Below, piece by piece: positions 1 to 9,321 of a stretch of 64,000 bases of DNA. The position numbers and the translations under genes are program-made. The notes beneath the pieces are model-generated. The model saw only the letters and a list, made by a program, of their open reading frames with translations. It made no database searches and was not told the DNA's origin. Numbering within the stretch: position 1 is the stretch's first letter; every line of letters begins with the position of its first letter. The DNA lies in NCBI GenBank assembly GCA_964642615.1, contig CAZXSW010000006.1:8885-72884 (forward strand), read 5' to 3'. This DNA is from an uncultured Rikenellaceae bacterium. GTDB lineage: Bacteria > Bacteroidota > Bacteroidia > Bacteroidales > VadinHA17.

Positions 1-1
1 G

Positions 2-1372
2 ACTGTTGAGAGCCTTACTACCTATCCCTCAATACTTGGTGGCCGTGTAAAGACTCTTCATCCATCGGTTTTCGGCGGTATCCTTGCACGCAGGGACAAT
101 CCTGAGGATCTGAAACAGCTCGGGCAATACGGAATTCCTGAGACAGATCTGGTTATTGTTGACCTTTATCCCTTTGAAGCCACAGTCAGGGAGACAGACG
201 ATGAGGATGAGATCATTGAAAAGATAGATATAGGCGGCATATCCCTTATAAGGGCTGCCGCAAAGAATTACCGGGATGTTGTCATAATCCCGGGCAAGGA
301 TCAGTATCCTGAACTCCTTAGTCTTCTGAGGGAAAGGAATGGGGTCAGCACCCTGGAAGAAAGAAGGCATTTTGCCGCCAGGGCCTTCATGACTTCTTCG
401 GGCTATGATACGGCAATTTTCAGATATTTCAACAGAAAGGAAAACATTTCTGCTTTCAGGGAGAGTATCGATACATTCTATCCCCTCAGATACGGAGAGA
501 ATCCTCACCAGAGAGCCGTCTATTTCGGCGATCCTGATTCGGTATTCGAAAAGTATCATGGCAAGGAGATCTCCTTCAACAATCTGCTTGATGTAGATTC
601 TGCAGTAAGCCTTATCGACGAATTCGATGAGACAACCTTTGTTATTATCAAACACAACAATGCATGCGGAGTTGCCTCCCGGGCTAATTCCACGGAAGCA
701 TGGAAGGATGCCCTTGCATGTGATCCGGTATCGGCCTATGGTGGTGTGATAATAACAAACCGGCCGGTTGAGGAGGAGACAGCCCTGGAGATCGACAAGC
801 TCTTTTTTGAGATAATCATAGCGCCATCATTCAGCGACAAGGCACTTGAGATTCTTAAACATAAAAAGAACAGGATTATTCTCAGACGCAAGACATCAGA
901 ACCCGCTTCTCACTCATTCAGGTCGGTCCTTAACGGAGTATTGTGGCAGGAGAAGGATTTAAGCAGGGAGCTTGCAGGTGATATGAGGCCTGTTACAGAC
1001 AGGGTTCCGGATGCAGAAGAAAGCGAAGATCTGATCTTTGCCAATAAGATTGTCAAGCACAGCAAGTCAAATGCCATCGTTCTGGCTCGTAACAGACAGC
1101 TTTGCGCAAGCGGAATTGGTCAGACATCAAGGGTGGATGCACTTAAGCAGGCCATTGAAAAAGCCCGTAGCTTCGGCTTTGATCTTAACGGAGCAGTAAT
1201 GGCCTCGGATGCCTATTTCCCTTTCCCCGACAGCGCAGAGCTGGCACATAAGGCAGGCATCACGGCCATAGTTCAGCCGGGAGGTTCGGTTCGTGACCAG
1301 GAATCAATTGACTATTGCACGGGAAATGATATGGCAATGGTATTTACAGGTATCAGACATTTCAAACATTAG
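2..1372 (+). CDS. purH: Bifunctional AICAR transformylase / IMP cyclohydrolase PurH, 5'-truncated by the window edge
   Basis: The frame is open from base 2 ([31 protein letters not shown]...) and runs into track ORF 389..1372. Motifs [13 protein letters not shown] and [11 protein letters not shown] are typical of PurH. Confidence 0.93.
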   Translation, partial: [456 protein letters not shown]

Positions 1373-1400
1373 GCTTCATAATAAAACTAACTCTCGCATA

Positions 1401-2423
1401 ATGGGACTATTTTCTTTTTTGACTCAGGAAATTGCAATTGACCTCGGAACTGCAAACACAATAATAATTCACAACGACAAGATCGTTGTTGATGAACCTT
1501 CAATAGTTGCACTCGACAAGAATTCAGGCAAGCTTATCGCCATTGGTGAGACTGCCCGGCAGATGCATGGCAGAACCCATGAGAACATAAAGGTTATAAG
1601 GCCTTTGCGCGATGGTGTCATTGCTGACTTCAACGCTGCCGAGTTGATGATAAGGGGTATGATAAAGATGATCAATAAAGGGCCAAAGCTTTTTTCGCCC
1701 TCTCTTAAGATGGTTGTCTGTATCCCATCGGGAAGTACTGAGGTCGAAATCAGAGCAGTACGTGATTCATCAGAACATGCAGGCGGCCGGGATGTATATA
1801 TGATTTATGAACCAATGGCAGCAGCCATAGGAATTGGACTGGATGTGGAAGCTCCCGAAGGCTGTATGGTTGTAGATATCGGAGGAGGTACAACAGAGAT
1901 AGCAGTAATAGCTCTTGGCGGTATTGTATGCAATAAGTCGATAAGAATTGCCGGAGATGGATTCACAGCTGATATCCAGGCTTATATGAGGCATCAGCAT
2001 AATATTAAGATTGGCGAAAAAACAGCAGAGGATATTAAAATTGCCGTTGGAGCTGCCCTGCCTGATATTGAAAATCCCCCGGCCGACTATATTGTCAGAG
2101 GTCCCAATATAATGACATCTCTTCCCATCGAGATTCCGATTTCGTATCAGGAGATAGCCTACTGCCTCGACAAATCACTTACCAAGGTTGAAGCTGCCCT
2201 GCTTAGTGTTCTCGAACAAACCCCGCCTGAACTGTACGCGGATATTGTCAACAAGGGTATCTACCTTGCAGGAGGAGGGGCTTTGCTGCGCGGACTCGAT
2301 AAACGTCTTGGTGATAAGATAAATATAAATTTCAATGTAGTTGAAGATCCGCTTCATGCTGTTGCAAGAGGAACCGGAGTCGCTCTTAAGAACGTTGAGA
2401 AATTTCCTTTCCTGATGAGATAA
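1401..2423 (+). CDS. mreB: Rod-shape-determining actin-like protein MreB
   Basis: Track ORF 1293..2423. I prefer the ATG at 1401 (MGLFSFLTQEIAIDLGTANT), which lies after the purH stop. The actin-fold motifs IDLGTANT and VVDIGGGTTE are present. Confidence 0.95.
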   Translation: MGLFSFLTQEIAIDLGTANTIIIHNDKIVVDEPSIVALDKNSGKLIAIGETARQMHGRTHENIKVIRPLRDGVIADFNAAELMIRGMIKMINKGPKLFSPSLKMVVCIPSGSTEVEIRAVRDSSEHAGGRDVYMIYEPMAAAIGIGLDVEAPEGCMVVDIGGGTTEIAVIALGGIVCNKSIRIAGDGFTADIQAYMRHQHNIKIGEKTAEDIKIAVGAALPDIENPPADYIVRGPNIMTSLPIEIPISYQEIAYCLDKSLTKVEAALLSVLEQTPPELYADIVNKGIYLAGGGALLRGLDKRLGDKININFNVVEDPLHAVARGTGVALKNVEKFPFLMR

Positions 2424-2437
2424 ACCTGTTACCGTGA

Positions 2438-3259
2438 ATGAGGAATCTGCTTAATTTTCTTGCGAAGTACAATAACCTGATAGTCTTCCTGATTCTTGAA
2501 GGCATAGCATTTTCCCTTCTTGCGACAGGTAACAGTTATCACAACAGCAGACTCATAAAAGGTTTTAAGGGACTCACCTATGGTATTGAAATGAGGGGTT
2601 CAGATATTCGCAAATACCTGCAGCTTAATGAAACCAACAGGGCCCTGGCAAGTGAAAATACATCACTTAAAAACAATATCGAACGTCTCATCAGGCAGCG
2701 CAGTATTGAATCAGGAGAAATATCCGATACCATCTATCAGCAGCAATATGATTATATAATGGCTGAAGTGATAAATAATTCTGTCAATAAACAGAAGAAT
2801 TTCATAACCCTCGACAAGGGTAGCCGGCATGGGGTGCAAATCGATATGGGAGTGGTTACCTATCAGGGAATTGCCGGGGTTGTTGTCGGGACTTCGGAGA
2901 ATTTTTCAGTGGCAATGTCGTTACTGAATATAGACCTTAAGATTAGTGCCAGGCTTAAGTCGAACGGGTATTACGGATCTCTTAACTGGGACGGTGTCGA
3001 CTACAGGCATTTGGTTCTTAATGAGATACCCCAGCATGTAAGTGTTCAGGCCGGTGATACCATTGAGACAACAGGTTTTTCAGCTATGTTCCCCGAAGGT
3101 GTGGTGATAGGGACTGTTACCGAGGTAGGGCAGACAGGAAGTGATTTTTATTTGATAAAAGTGCAGCTTCAGGAGGATTTCAGAAAGCTGCGATTTGTGA
3201 ATGTCGTTGGCAACCTTATTAAGACCGAGAGGCTGCAGCTTGAAGAACTCTATCAATGA
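2438..3259 (+). CDS. mreC: Rod-shape-determining protein MreC
   Basis: 273 aa with an N-terminal TM helix, a coiled-coil segment and a beta-rich C-terminus. Its position between mreB and mreD matches conserved synteny. Confidence 0.85.
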   Translation: MRNLLNFLAKYNNLIVFLILEGIAFSLLATGNSYHNSRLIKGFKGLTYGIEMRGSDIRKYLQLNETNRALASENTSLKNNIERLIRQRSIESGEISDTIYQQQYDYIMAEVINNSVNKQKNFITLDKGSRHGVQIDMGVVTYQGIAGVVVGTSENFSVAMSLLNIDLKISARLKSNGYYGSLNWDGVDYRHLVLNEIPQHVSVQAGDTIETTGFSAMFPEGVVIGTVTEVGQTGSDFYLIKVQLQEDFRKLRFVNVVGNLIKTERLQLEELYQ

Positions 3260-3777
3260 TAAACTCTGTTCTGAGATATGGCTTCGTAATGGTCCTGTTG
3301 ATAATGCTTCAGGTCCTACTCTTCAATAATATCCAGTTCAGCGGGTATATTAATCCCTATGTCTATATAATGATTATACTGCTTCTTCCCACTGAGTTGC
3401 CCCAGTGGGTTGTGCTGGTTACGGCATTTATTACAGGACTCATTATTGACTTTTTCTCGGGTTCACCCGGGATGCATGCCTCTGCCACGGTTCTGGCAGC
3501 TTTTGCCAGGCCCTATATCCTTGAACTTATCTCACCCCGCGACGGCTATGAGACAGGCTCATCGTTATCCATGGCCAATTATGGTATAAAATGGTTTCTT
3601 ATCTATTCAACCTCAATAGTATTTATTCATCACCTGTTTCTGTTTTATCTTGAGGTATTCAGGTTCGATGATTTCTTCAGAACTCTCTTTCGGGTGATCC
3701 TGAGTTCGGTTTTTACCCTTGCTTTTATTTTTCTGCTTGAATATTTCAGGAAAGGGAAATCAAAAACGAGGATATGA
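3256..3777 (+). CDS. mreD: Rod-shape-determining protein MreD (polytopic membrane protein)
   Basis: 173 aa and very hydrophobic. Its ATG overlaps the mreC stop (ATGA), and it sits between mreC and mrdA. Confidence 0.7.
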   Translation: MINSVLRYGFVMVLLIMLQVLLFNNIQFSGYINPYVYIMIILLLPTELPQWVVLVTAFITGLIIDFFSGSPGMHASATVLAAFARPYILELISPRDGYETGSSLSMANYGIKWFLIYSTSIVFIHHLFLFYLEVFRFDDFFRTLFRVILSSVFTLAFIFLLEYFRKGKSKTRI

Positions 3778-5603
3778 AAGATTCCTTTACGCAGCGGAAA
3801 TACATAATAATGGCAATGATTGCCGTTTCAGTTTTTATCATTCTGGTAAGGCTGTTTTATATCCAGGTGATAGATGATTCGTACAGGCTTTCGGCCGACA
3901 ATAATGTACTCAGGTATGTGACACAATATCCTGCACGGGGACTGATTTACGACAGGAAGGGAGACCTGCTGGTGACCAATCAGGCTGCCTACGACATTAT
4001 GGTGGTTCCGGCTCAGTCTCAGGAAATGGATACGGCTGCATTCTGTGAACTGACAGGGATTACATTTGAATCTTTCAGGCAAAGGATGAAGAAAGCAGTT
4101 AACTATTCGAGAAGGGCTCCTTCTCTTTTCCTTGAGCAGCTTTCTGCCGAGACATATGCTACCTTTCAGGAAAAGATGTTTTCTTTCCCGGGGTTCTATG
4201 TTCAGCCCCGAACCCTGAGGAAGTATACACGACCCATAGCTGCCCATATTCTCGGATATGTAAGTGAAGTTGATGACAGGATAATAAAACGTGACCCATA
4301 CTATAAACCAGGGGATTACATCGGGAAGCTGGGTATTGAGGAAGCCTATGAGAAAGATTTGCGGGGGAAGAAGGGAGTTAAGATCTTTCTTGTCGATGTC
4401 TACAGCCGAATAAAAGGCTCTTATGCCCAGGGCAGGATGGATACCATGGCTGTTCAGGGTTCTGACATTATATCGACCATCGACGGCGATCTCCAGGAAT
4501 ATGGTGAACTGCTTATGAAGAATAAAAGGGGCAGTATTGTGGCAATAGAGCCTAAAACCGGTGAGATACTGGCACTTATTTCAGCTCCGGGATATGATCC
4601 CGGCCTGCTTGTGGGAAGAATAAGATCGGAGAATTTCTCGCGTCTCAATGCTGATACCATTTCCAGACCCCTTTTCAACAGGGCTGTCCAGGCCTCCTAT
4701 CCGCCCGGCTCAACCTTCAAACCCATCAACGGCCTTATTGGTCTTCAGGAAAATGTTATTGATGCATCTACACAATTCGGCTGCAATAACGGATACCTGT
4801 TTGTTGGCTGCCATTCACACAGATCTCCCCTTGATCTTGAAAATGCCATTTCACACTCATGCAATTCATATTTCTGTCAGGTTTACAGGCGGGTTCTTGA
4901 GAATAACTCATATCCGTCAGTGGCGGCTGCCTTCGTGAAATGGAAGGGTTATGTCAATGAGTTCGGATTCGGCAACAGGCTGGGAACTGACATAGTCAAT
5001 GAATTGCCTGGCTTTATCCCGTCTGTTGATTATTTCAACAGATACTACGGCGAGAACAGGTGGAGAGCCCTTACAGTTATTTCGATGGCCATAGGTCAGG
5101 GAGAGATAGGGACAACTCCTCTCCAGCTGGCTAATATGGTTGCGGCTATTGCCAACAGGGGATATTTTTATACACCTCATATAGTAAAGGCGATAGGACC
5201 CGGGAAAACCATCGATCCACGATTTACAGAAAAAAATACAATAAGTATAGACCCGGCCAGGTTTGAACCAATAGTAAACGGTATGGCAATGACAGTTAAC
5301 GGTGGTCCCGGAGCAACAGCCACCGGTGCTGCAATAAAGGATATTATTGTGTGCGGTAAGACCGGGACGGCTCAGAACCCGCATGGCAAGGATCATTCGG
5401 TGTTTGTTGCCTTTGCTCCCCAGGATGAACCTTCCATTGCCATTATGACATTTGTTGAGAATGCCGGATACGGATCGACGTATGCAGCTCCTATTGCCAG
5501 TCTGATGATTGAGAAATACATCAGGGGCGAGGTTACAAACAAATGGCAGGAGCAAAGAATGCTTGAACTGAACCTTCTTGACCAGGGTGAACAGGGAAAT
5601 TAA
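3774..5603 (+). CDS. mrdA: Penicillin-binding protein 2 (elongasome transpeptidase)
   Basis: 609 aa with an N-terminal TM helix. The class B PBP motifs STFKP (SxxK), SCNSYF (SxN) and KTGTAQ (KTG) are present. It overlaps the mreD stop. Confidence 0.9.
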   Translation: MKDSFTQRKYIIMAMIAVSVFIILVRLFYIQVIDDSYRLSADNNVLRYVTQYPARGLIYDRKGDLLVTNQAAYDIMVVPAQSQEMDTAAFCELTGITFESFRQRMKKAVNYSRRAPSLFLEQLSAETYATFQEKMFSFPGFYVQPRTLRKYTRPIAAHILGYVSEVDDRIIKRDPYYKPGDYIGKLGIEEAYEKDLRGKKGVKIFLVDVYSRIKGSYAQGRMDTMAVQGSDIISTIDGDLQEYGELLMKNKRGSIVAIEPKTGEILALISAPGYDPGLLVGRIRSENFSRLNADTISRPLFNRAVQASYPPGSTFKPINGLIGLQENVIDASTQFGCNNGYLFVGCHSHRSPLDLENAISHSCNSYFCQVYRRVLENNSYPSVAAAFVKWKGYVNEFGFGNRLGTDIVNELPGFIPSVDYFNRYYGENRWRALTVISMAIGQGEIGTTPLQLANMVAAIANRGYFYTPHIVKAIGPGKTIDPRFTEKNTISIDPARFEPIVNGMAMTVNGGPGATATGAAIKDIIVCGKTGTAQNPHGKDHSVFVAFAPQDEPSIAIMTFVENAGYGSTYAAPIASLMIEKYIRGEVTNKWQEQRMLELNLLDQGEQGN

Positions 5604-7011
5604 CATATGGAAAAGGATAGACAAGGTCACTGTTGTGATCTTCCTGCTCATGGTTGCCATGGGTTGGCTGAATATTTATGCGGCAGTCTACAATGAGGAA
5701 CATAAGGAGATCCTGGATTTTTCGCAGAGGTATGGAAAACAGTTTCTCTGGATTATTGCTACCATAGTACTTGCTATTTTTATTGTTATAATAGATACCC
5801 GCTTCTGGCTCTTCTTTGCATATTTCATATATGCCGGTATCTCTCTGATGTTATTGCTCGTCCTTGTGCTGGGGAAAGAAATAAACGGAGCCCGGTCGTG
5901 GTTCGAGATCGCCGGGCTGTCACTGCAACCTTCAGAGTTTGCCAAATTCGGTACAGCCCTGGCACTTGCTTCATTCCTGGGATCAAGGAGGATGGATCTG
6001 AAAAGGATTTCAGTTCTGCTTCAGGCTTCTGCCATTATTATTTTCCCTGCAGTACTTATTGCACTTCAGCCTGACATGGGGTCAACGGTAGTGTTTTTTT
6101 CACTCTTCATAGTGCTCTTCAGGGAAGGGATGAGCCCCTATATCTTTATCTCGGGCATCCTTATGGGTGTACTCTTCTTTCTTACCCTTCTTGTTAATAA
6201 TTTTTACCTCGAGCTGATACTTGTGTTTATTGCCTCGGCATTCATTTGGTTCATAACCAGAAAATGGAAAATAGCGGCTGCAGGAATCGGAATGTTTGCG
6301 GGAATTACCGGAATTCTGTATCTGGGGAATACTTATCTGCTTAAGAGTCTGACAAATGAAATGGTCCTGCTTACAGGCCTTTTACTTACCGGACTGGTAT
6401 TTATTATGTTCATTATTGCCCGGAAAAACTCATCAGTGCTGATAGTCTACCTGTTCCTGCTTGGAAGTATTCTGTTTATCAATTCAGTTGACTATGTATT
6501 CAATAACATGCTGCAGTCGCACCAGAAAGAGAGGGTCGAGATAATGCTGGGTATCAAGTCGGATCCGAGGGGAACGGGTTATAACGTCACACAGTCTATA
6601 ATCTCGATCGGGTCGGGAGGTTTTACGGGCAAGGGTTATCTTCAGGGTACCCAGACAAAATTCAAGTTCGTTCCGGCCCAGAGTACTGACTTTATTTTTT
6701 GCACGGTAGGGGAGGAATGGGGTTTCCTTGGTTCACTTGTTGTGACGGGAATGTACCTTTTCCTGTTGCTGAGGCTTGTTTGGATGGCCGAACGGCAGCG
6801 TTCGGCTTTCTCAAGGATATATGGCTATGGTGTGGTATCGGTGTTTTTTATCCATATAATAATCAATGTTGGAATGGCAGTGGGACTTTTACCCGTAATA
6901 GGCATCCCCCTCCCGTTTTTCAGTTACGGAGGGAGCTCCCTCTGGGGTTTTACTATATTGTTGTTTATCTTCCTAAGGCTCGATGCAAGCCGGGCTGAAT
7001 ACCTTATCTGA
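5578..7011 (+). CDS. rodA: SEDS-family peptidoglycan glycosyltransferase RodA
   Basis: 477 aa polytopic protein with the FtsW/RodA/SpoVE motifs PSEFAKF, TDFIF and GIPLPFFSYGGSS. The track start is a TTG overlapping the mrdA 3' end, and the exact start is uncertain. Confidence 0.9.
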   Translation: MTRVNREINIWKRIDKVTVVIFLLMVAMGWLNIYAAVYNEEHKEILDFSQRYGKQFLWIIATIVLAIFIVIIDTRFWLFFAYFIYAGISLMLLLVLVLGKEINGARSWFEIAGLSLQPSEFAKFGTALALASFLGSRRMDLKRISVLLQASAIIIFPAVLIALQPDMGSTVVFFSLFIVLFREGMSPYIFISGILMGVLFFLTLLVNNFYLELILVFIASAFIWFITRKWKIAAAGIGMFAGITGILYLGNTYLLKSLTNEMVLLTGLLLTGLVFIMFIIARKNSSVLIVYLFLLGSILFINSVDYVFNNMLQSHQKERVEIMLGIKSDPRGTGYNVTQSIISIGSGGFTGKGYLQGTQTKFKFVPAQSTDFIFCTVGEEWGFLGSLVVTGMYLFLLLRLVWMAERQRSAFSRIYGYGVVSVFFIHIIINVGMAVGLLPVIGIPLPFFSYGGSSLWGFTILLFIFLRLDASRAEYLI

Positions 7012-7623
7012 TCAGAAAGGTATTGACATGCGGTGCGAGATCTCTATCCCGAATTCTTTCTCAACATAATCGATCAGCTGGGGAAAAAACTCCATGAAGT
7101 CATCCTGAAGCGAAAAATAATTCTTTTTAAGTGCTTTGATGGCAAACCGGGTCTCGTTGGGTAAGGATGACCTTTTACTGAGGGTGTTGAGAACATGCTT
7201 TATGCCGTTAACAGTCTGGTACGACTCAATCCAGTTGTTTATAATGAAAAAAGGCATCATCTGTTTAACATTGTCCGGAAGGATATCATAGTTATTAACA
7301 AGGGCCCTGTAGAAGTTGTATGTAACACTCTCCAGGGGCCGCCTCGAATAGAAATCCCATTCCCTTGTAAGAAAATGATCATATATTATATCAGTTATGA
7401 CTCCCGAATACTTGTGATATTTCTTTGAGAAGAAGATCTTACTGCGGTGTACCACAGGATGCCTGTCTGTAAATCCGTCAATATGCCTGTGTATTATAAT
7501 TCCCTTGCGGATCAGTTCGGGATATTTGAGATAATCGCGCCCTTTTACATAATCTCCTATGTAATTGCCGATAATGATCTTATCAGAATCGCCGGACAGA
7601 TATATGTGGGCTAAAACATTCAT
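7012..7623 (-). CDS. Acyl carrier protein phosphodiesterase (AcpH/DUF479)-like protein
   Basis: 203 aa. The N-terminus MNVLAHIYLSGDSDKIIIGNYIGDYVKG and the HRxID motif resemble the AcpH family. It is convergent with rodA with zero gap. Confidence 0.6.
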   Translation of the reverse strand: MNVLAHIYLSGDSDKIIIGNYIGDYVKGRDYLKYPELIRKGIIIHRHIDGFTDRHPVVHRSKIFFSKKYHKYSGVITDIIYDHFLTREWDFYSRRPLESVTYNFYRALVNNYDILPDNVKQMMPFFIINNWIESYQTVNGIKHVLNTLSKRSSLPNETRFAIKALKKNYFSLQDDFMEFFPQLIDYVEKEFGIEISHRMSIPF

Positions 7624-7804
7624 TTTGTGCTATAATAGTACAAAGAATTTGCCATTTCACTTACCACTATGAAAACATTTTCTTTAACATGTTTTCATCA
7701 TCCTCAGGAACAATGGATAAGTGACAATAATTCAAGTACATATTATGAGGATTCGGGATTTTTAAAAATGCGTTCAAATCTTCGTTTATTAAACATCCAA
7801 GTCT

Positions 7805-7812
7805 TAAATTTG
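7805..7812 (+). promoter_or_regulatory. Candidate Bacteroidota -7 promoter element TAnnTTTG (TAAATTTG)
   Basis: Exact match to the TAnnTTTG consensus in an AT-rich divergent intergenic region, 64 nt upstream of the ATG at 7876. No clean -33 TTTG was seen. Confidence 0.35.
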
Positions 7813-7875
7813 TTGATAGCTATAGATATAAACGTTCTAAAGGTTATCTAAATTATCATTAACACGGGAAGTATT

Positions 7876-9213
7876 ATGGTCAGAAGGAATATAATCATTA
7901 TTGGAGCAGCAGGAAGGGATTTTCACAATTTCAATACCTGTTACAGAGACAATGAGATGTTTAATGTTGTTGCCTTTACGGCGGCACAGATTCCGGATAT
8001 AGACGGGAGGTCCTATCCCCCCGAGCTTGCCGGCAGGCTTTACCCTGAAGGGATTCCGATTTATCCCGAGCAGGAACTTCCCGGACTCATAGGCAGGCTA
8101 AAGGCAGATGACTGTGTTTTCTCATACAGCGACCTGCCTTATAACAAGGTTATGTCGATTAGTGCCATTGTTAACGCGGCAGGAGCTAATTTTGTATTAC
8201 CGGGCCCGACAGGCTCTATGCTTAAGAGCACAAAGCCTGTAATTGCAATCGGAGCCGTGAGGACCGGCTGTGGTAAGAGCCAGACCTCAAGGAGGGTGAT
8301 CGAACTCTTGATGAAAAAGGGACTGAAGGTTGTGGCCGTAAGGCATCCCATGCCCTATGGTGATCTTAATGCCCAGAAGGTTCAGCGCTTCGCCGATATC
8401 AGTGACCTGGAGGACCATAAGTGCACCGTTGAGGAGATGGAGGAGTATGAACCTCATGTTGTACGAGGAAACGTGATCTATGCCGGCGTCGATTACGAAG
8501 CCATTCTGAGGCAGGCCGAGGATGACCCTGACGGATGTGATGTGATTGTATGGGACGGAGGGAACAATGATTTTCCGTTTTACAAACCCGACCTGATGAT
8601 AACAGTTGCCGATCCTCACCGGGCCGGCCATGAACTGAGTTATTACCCCGGAGAGGTGACTCTCAGGATAGCAGATGTGATAGTCATTAACAAGATAGAC
8701 TCAGCTTCTCCCGAGTCTGTTCAAATAGTAAGGGAAAGCATAGAAAAGGTAAATCCTGGAGCTATTGTCATTGACGGCGCTTCTCCCATACGGGTTGATG
8801 ATCCTGCCCTTATAAGAGGGAAGAATGTTCTTGTTGTTGAAGACGGCCCCACCCTTACACACGGAGAGATGAAACTGGGTGCAGGCATTGTTGCAGCAAG
8901 GAAATTCGGTGCCGCCAGCATGGTTGATCCCCGACCTTTTACAGTCGGAAAGCTTAGTGAGACCTTCAGGATATATCCCGGAATAGGAACGCTTCTTCCG
9001 GCGATGGGTTACGGAAAAGAACAGCTCAGGGATCTGGAGAGGACTATTAACAACACTGAGTGCGACAGTGTCATCATTGCCACTCCCATCGACCTTAACA
9101 GGATAATAAAGATAAAGAAGCCCTCAACAAGGGTCTATTATGATCTTCAGGAGATCGGAGAGCCTGATCTTTCACAGGTAATTGAAGAATTTCTCAGGAA
9201 GCACGATCTTTAA
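7876..9213 (+). CDS. COG2403-type predicted GTPase / cyclic 2,3-diphosphoglycerate synthetase-like protein
   Basis: 445 aa. The N-terminal Rossmann-like IIIIGAAGRDFHNFN and the internal P-loop-like GAVRTGCGKSQTS recall the COG2403 family. Recognised from memory only. Confidence 0.55.
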   Translation: MVRRNIIIIGAAGRDFHNFNTCYRDNEMFNVVAFTAAQIPDIDGRSYPPELAGRLYPEGIPIYPEQELPGLIGRLKADDCVFSYSDLPYNKVMSISAIVNAAGANFVLPGPTGSMLKSTKPVIAIGAVRTGCGKSQTSRRVIELLMKKGLKVVAVRHPMPYGDLNAQKVQRFADISDLEDHKCTVEEMEEYEPHVVRGNVIYAGVDYEAILRQAEDDPDGCDVIVWDGGNNDFPFYKPDLMITVADPHRAGHELSYYPGEVTLRIADVIVINKIDSASPESVQIVRESIEKVNPGAIVIDGASPIRVDDPALIRGKNVLVVEDGPTLTHGEMKLGAGIVAARKFGAASMVDPRPFTVGKLSETFRIYPGIGTLLPAMGYGKEQLRDLERTINNTECDSVIIATPIDLNRIIKIKKPSTRVYYDLQEIGEPDLSQVIEEFLRKHDL

Positions 9214-9233
9214 ACTCTAATGAGACATTAAAG

Positions 9234-9265
9234 ATGAGGCATTCCGCTAAGCCGGAATGCCTCAT
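9234..9265. terminator. Bidirectional rho-independent-type terminator hairpin between convergent genes
   Basis: Perfect 13 bp stem ATGAGGCATTCCG / CGGAATGCCTCAT with a 6 nt loop, followed by TTTAAT on the + strand. It lies between the stops at 9213 (+) and 9322 (-). Confidence 0.6.
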
Positions 9266-9321
9266 TTAATATGTTTCGTGAATATTTCTCTATCCGTCAA
9301 TATTTTAACATCCCGTTTTGG

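Noticed and set aside
29-655. 208 aa ORF on the - strand at the left edge.
   Set aside because: It lies entirely antisense to the well-supported purH reading frame. It has no recognisable motif and is a typical shadow ORF.
1293-1400. Upstream extensions proposed by the ORF track for mreB (1293), recJ (20682), gpmI (TTG 43671), the SusD-like gene (50503) and the last lipoprotein (GTG 52917).
   Set aside because: In each case a downstream ATG gives the canonical conserved N-terminus or a proper signal peptide with lipobox. The extension would overlap the preceding gene or add non-conserved residues.
4917-5660. 247 aa - strand ORF. Similar long antisense ORFs occur at 20117-20713, 26638-27096, 44049-44603, 17625-18092, 33670-34068 and 55194-55736.
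   Set aside because: Each is embedded antisense in a strongly supported conserved gene (mrdA, lipB, adk, gpmI, lysS, parE and the CNNM gene). Their translations are low-complexity or Cys/Ser/Arg-rich with no motifs, so I treat them as frame shadows rather than overlapping genes.
7669-7851. 60 aa ORF in the AT-rich divergent intergenic region.
   Set aside because: It has no ribosome-binding or promoter context of its own. It overlaps the putative -7 element of the downstream gene, and its composition looks like non-coding AT-rich spacer.
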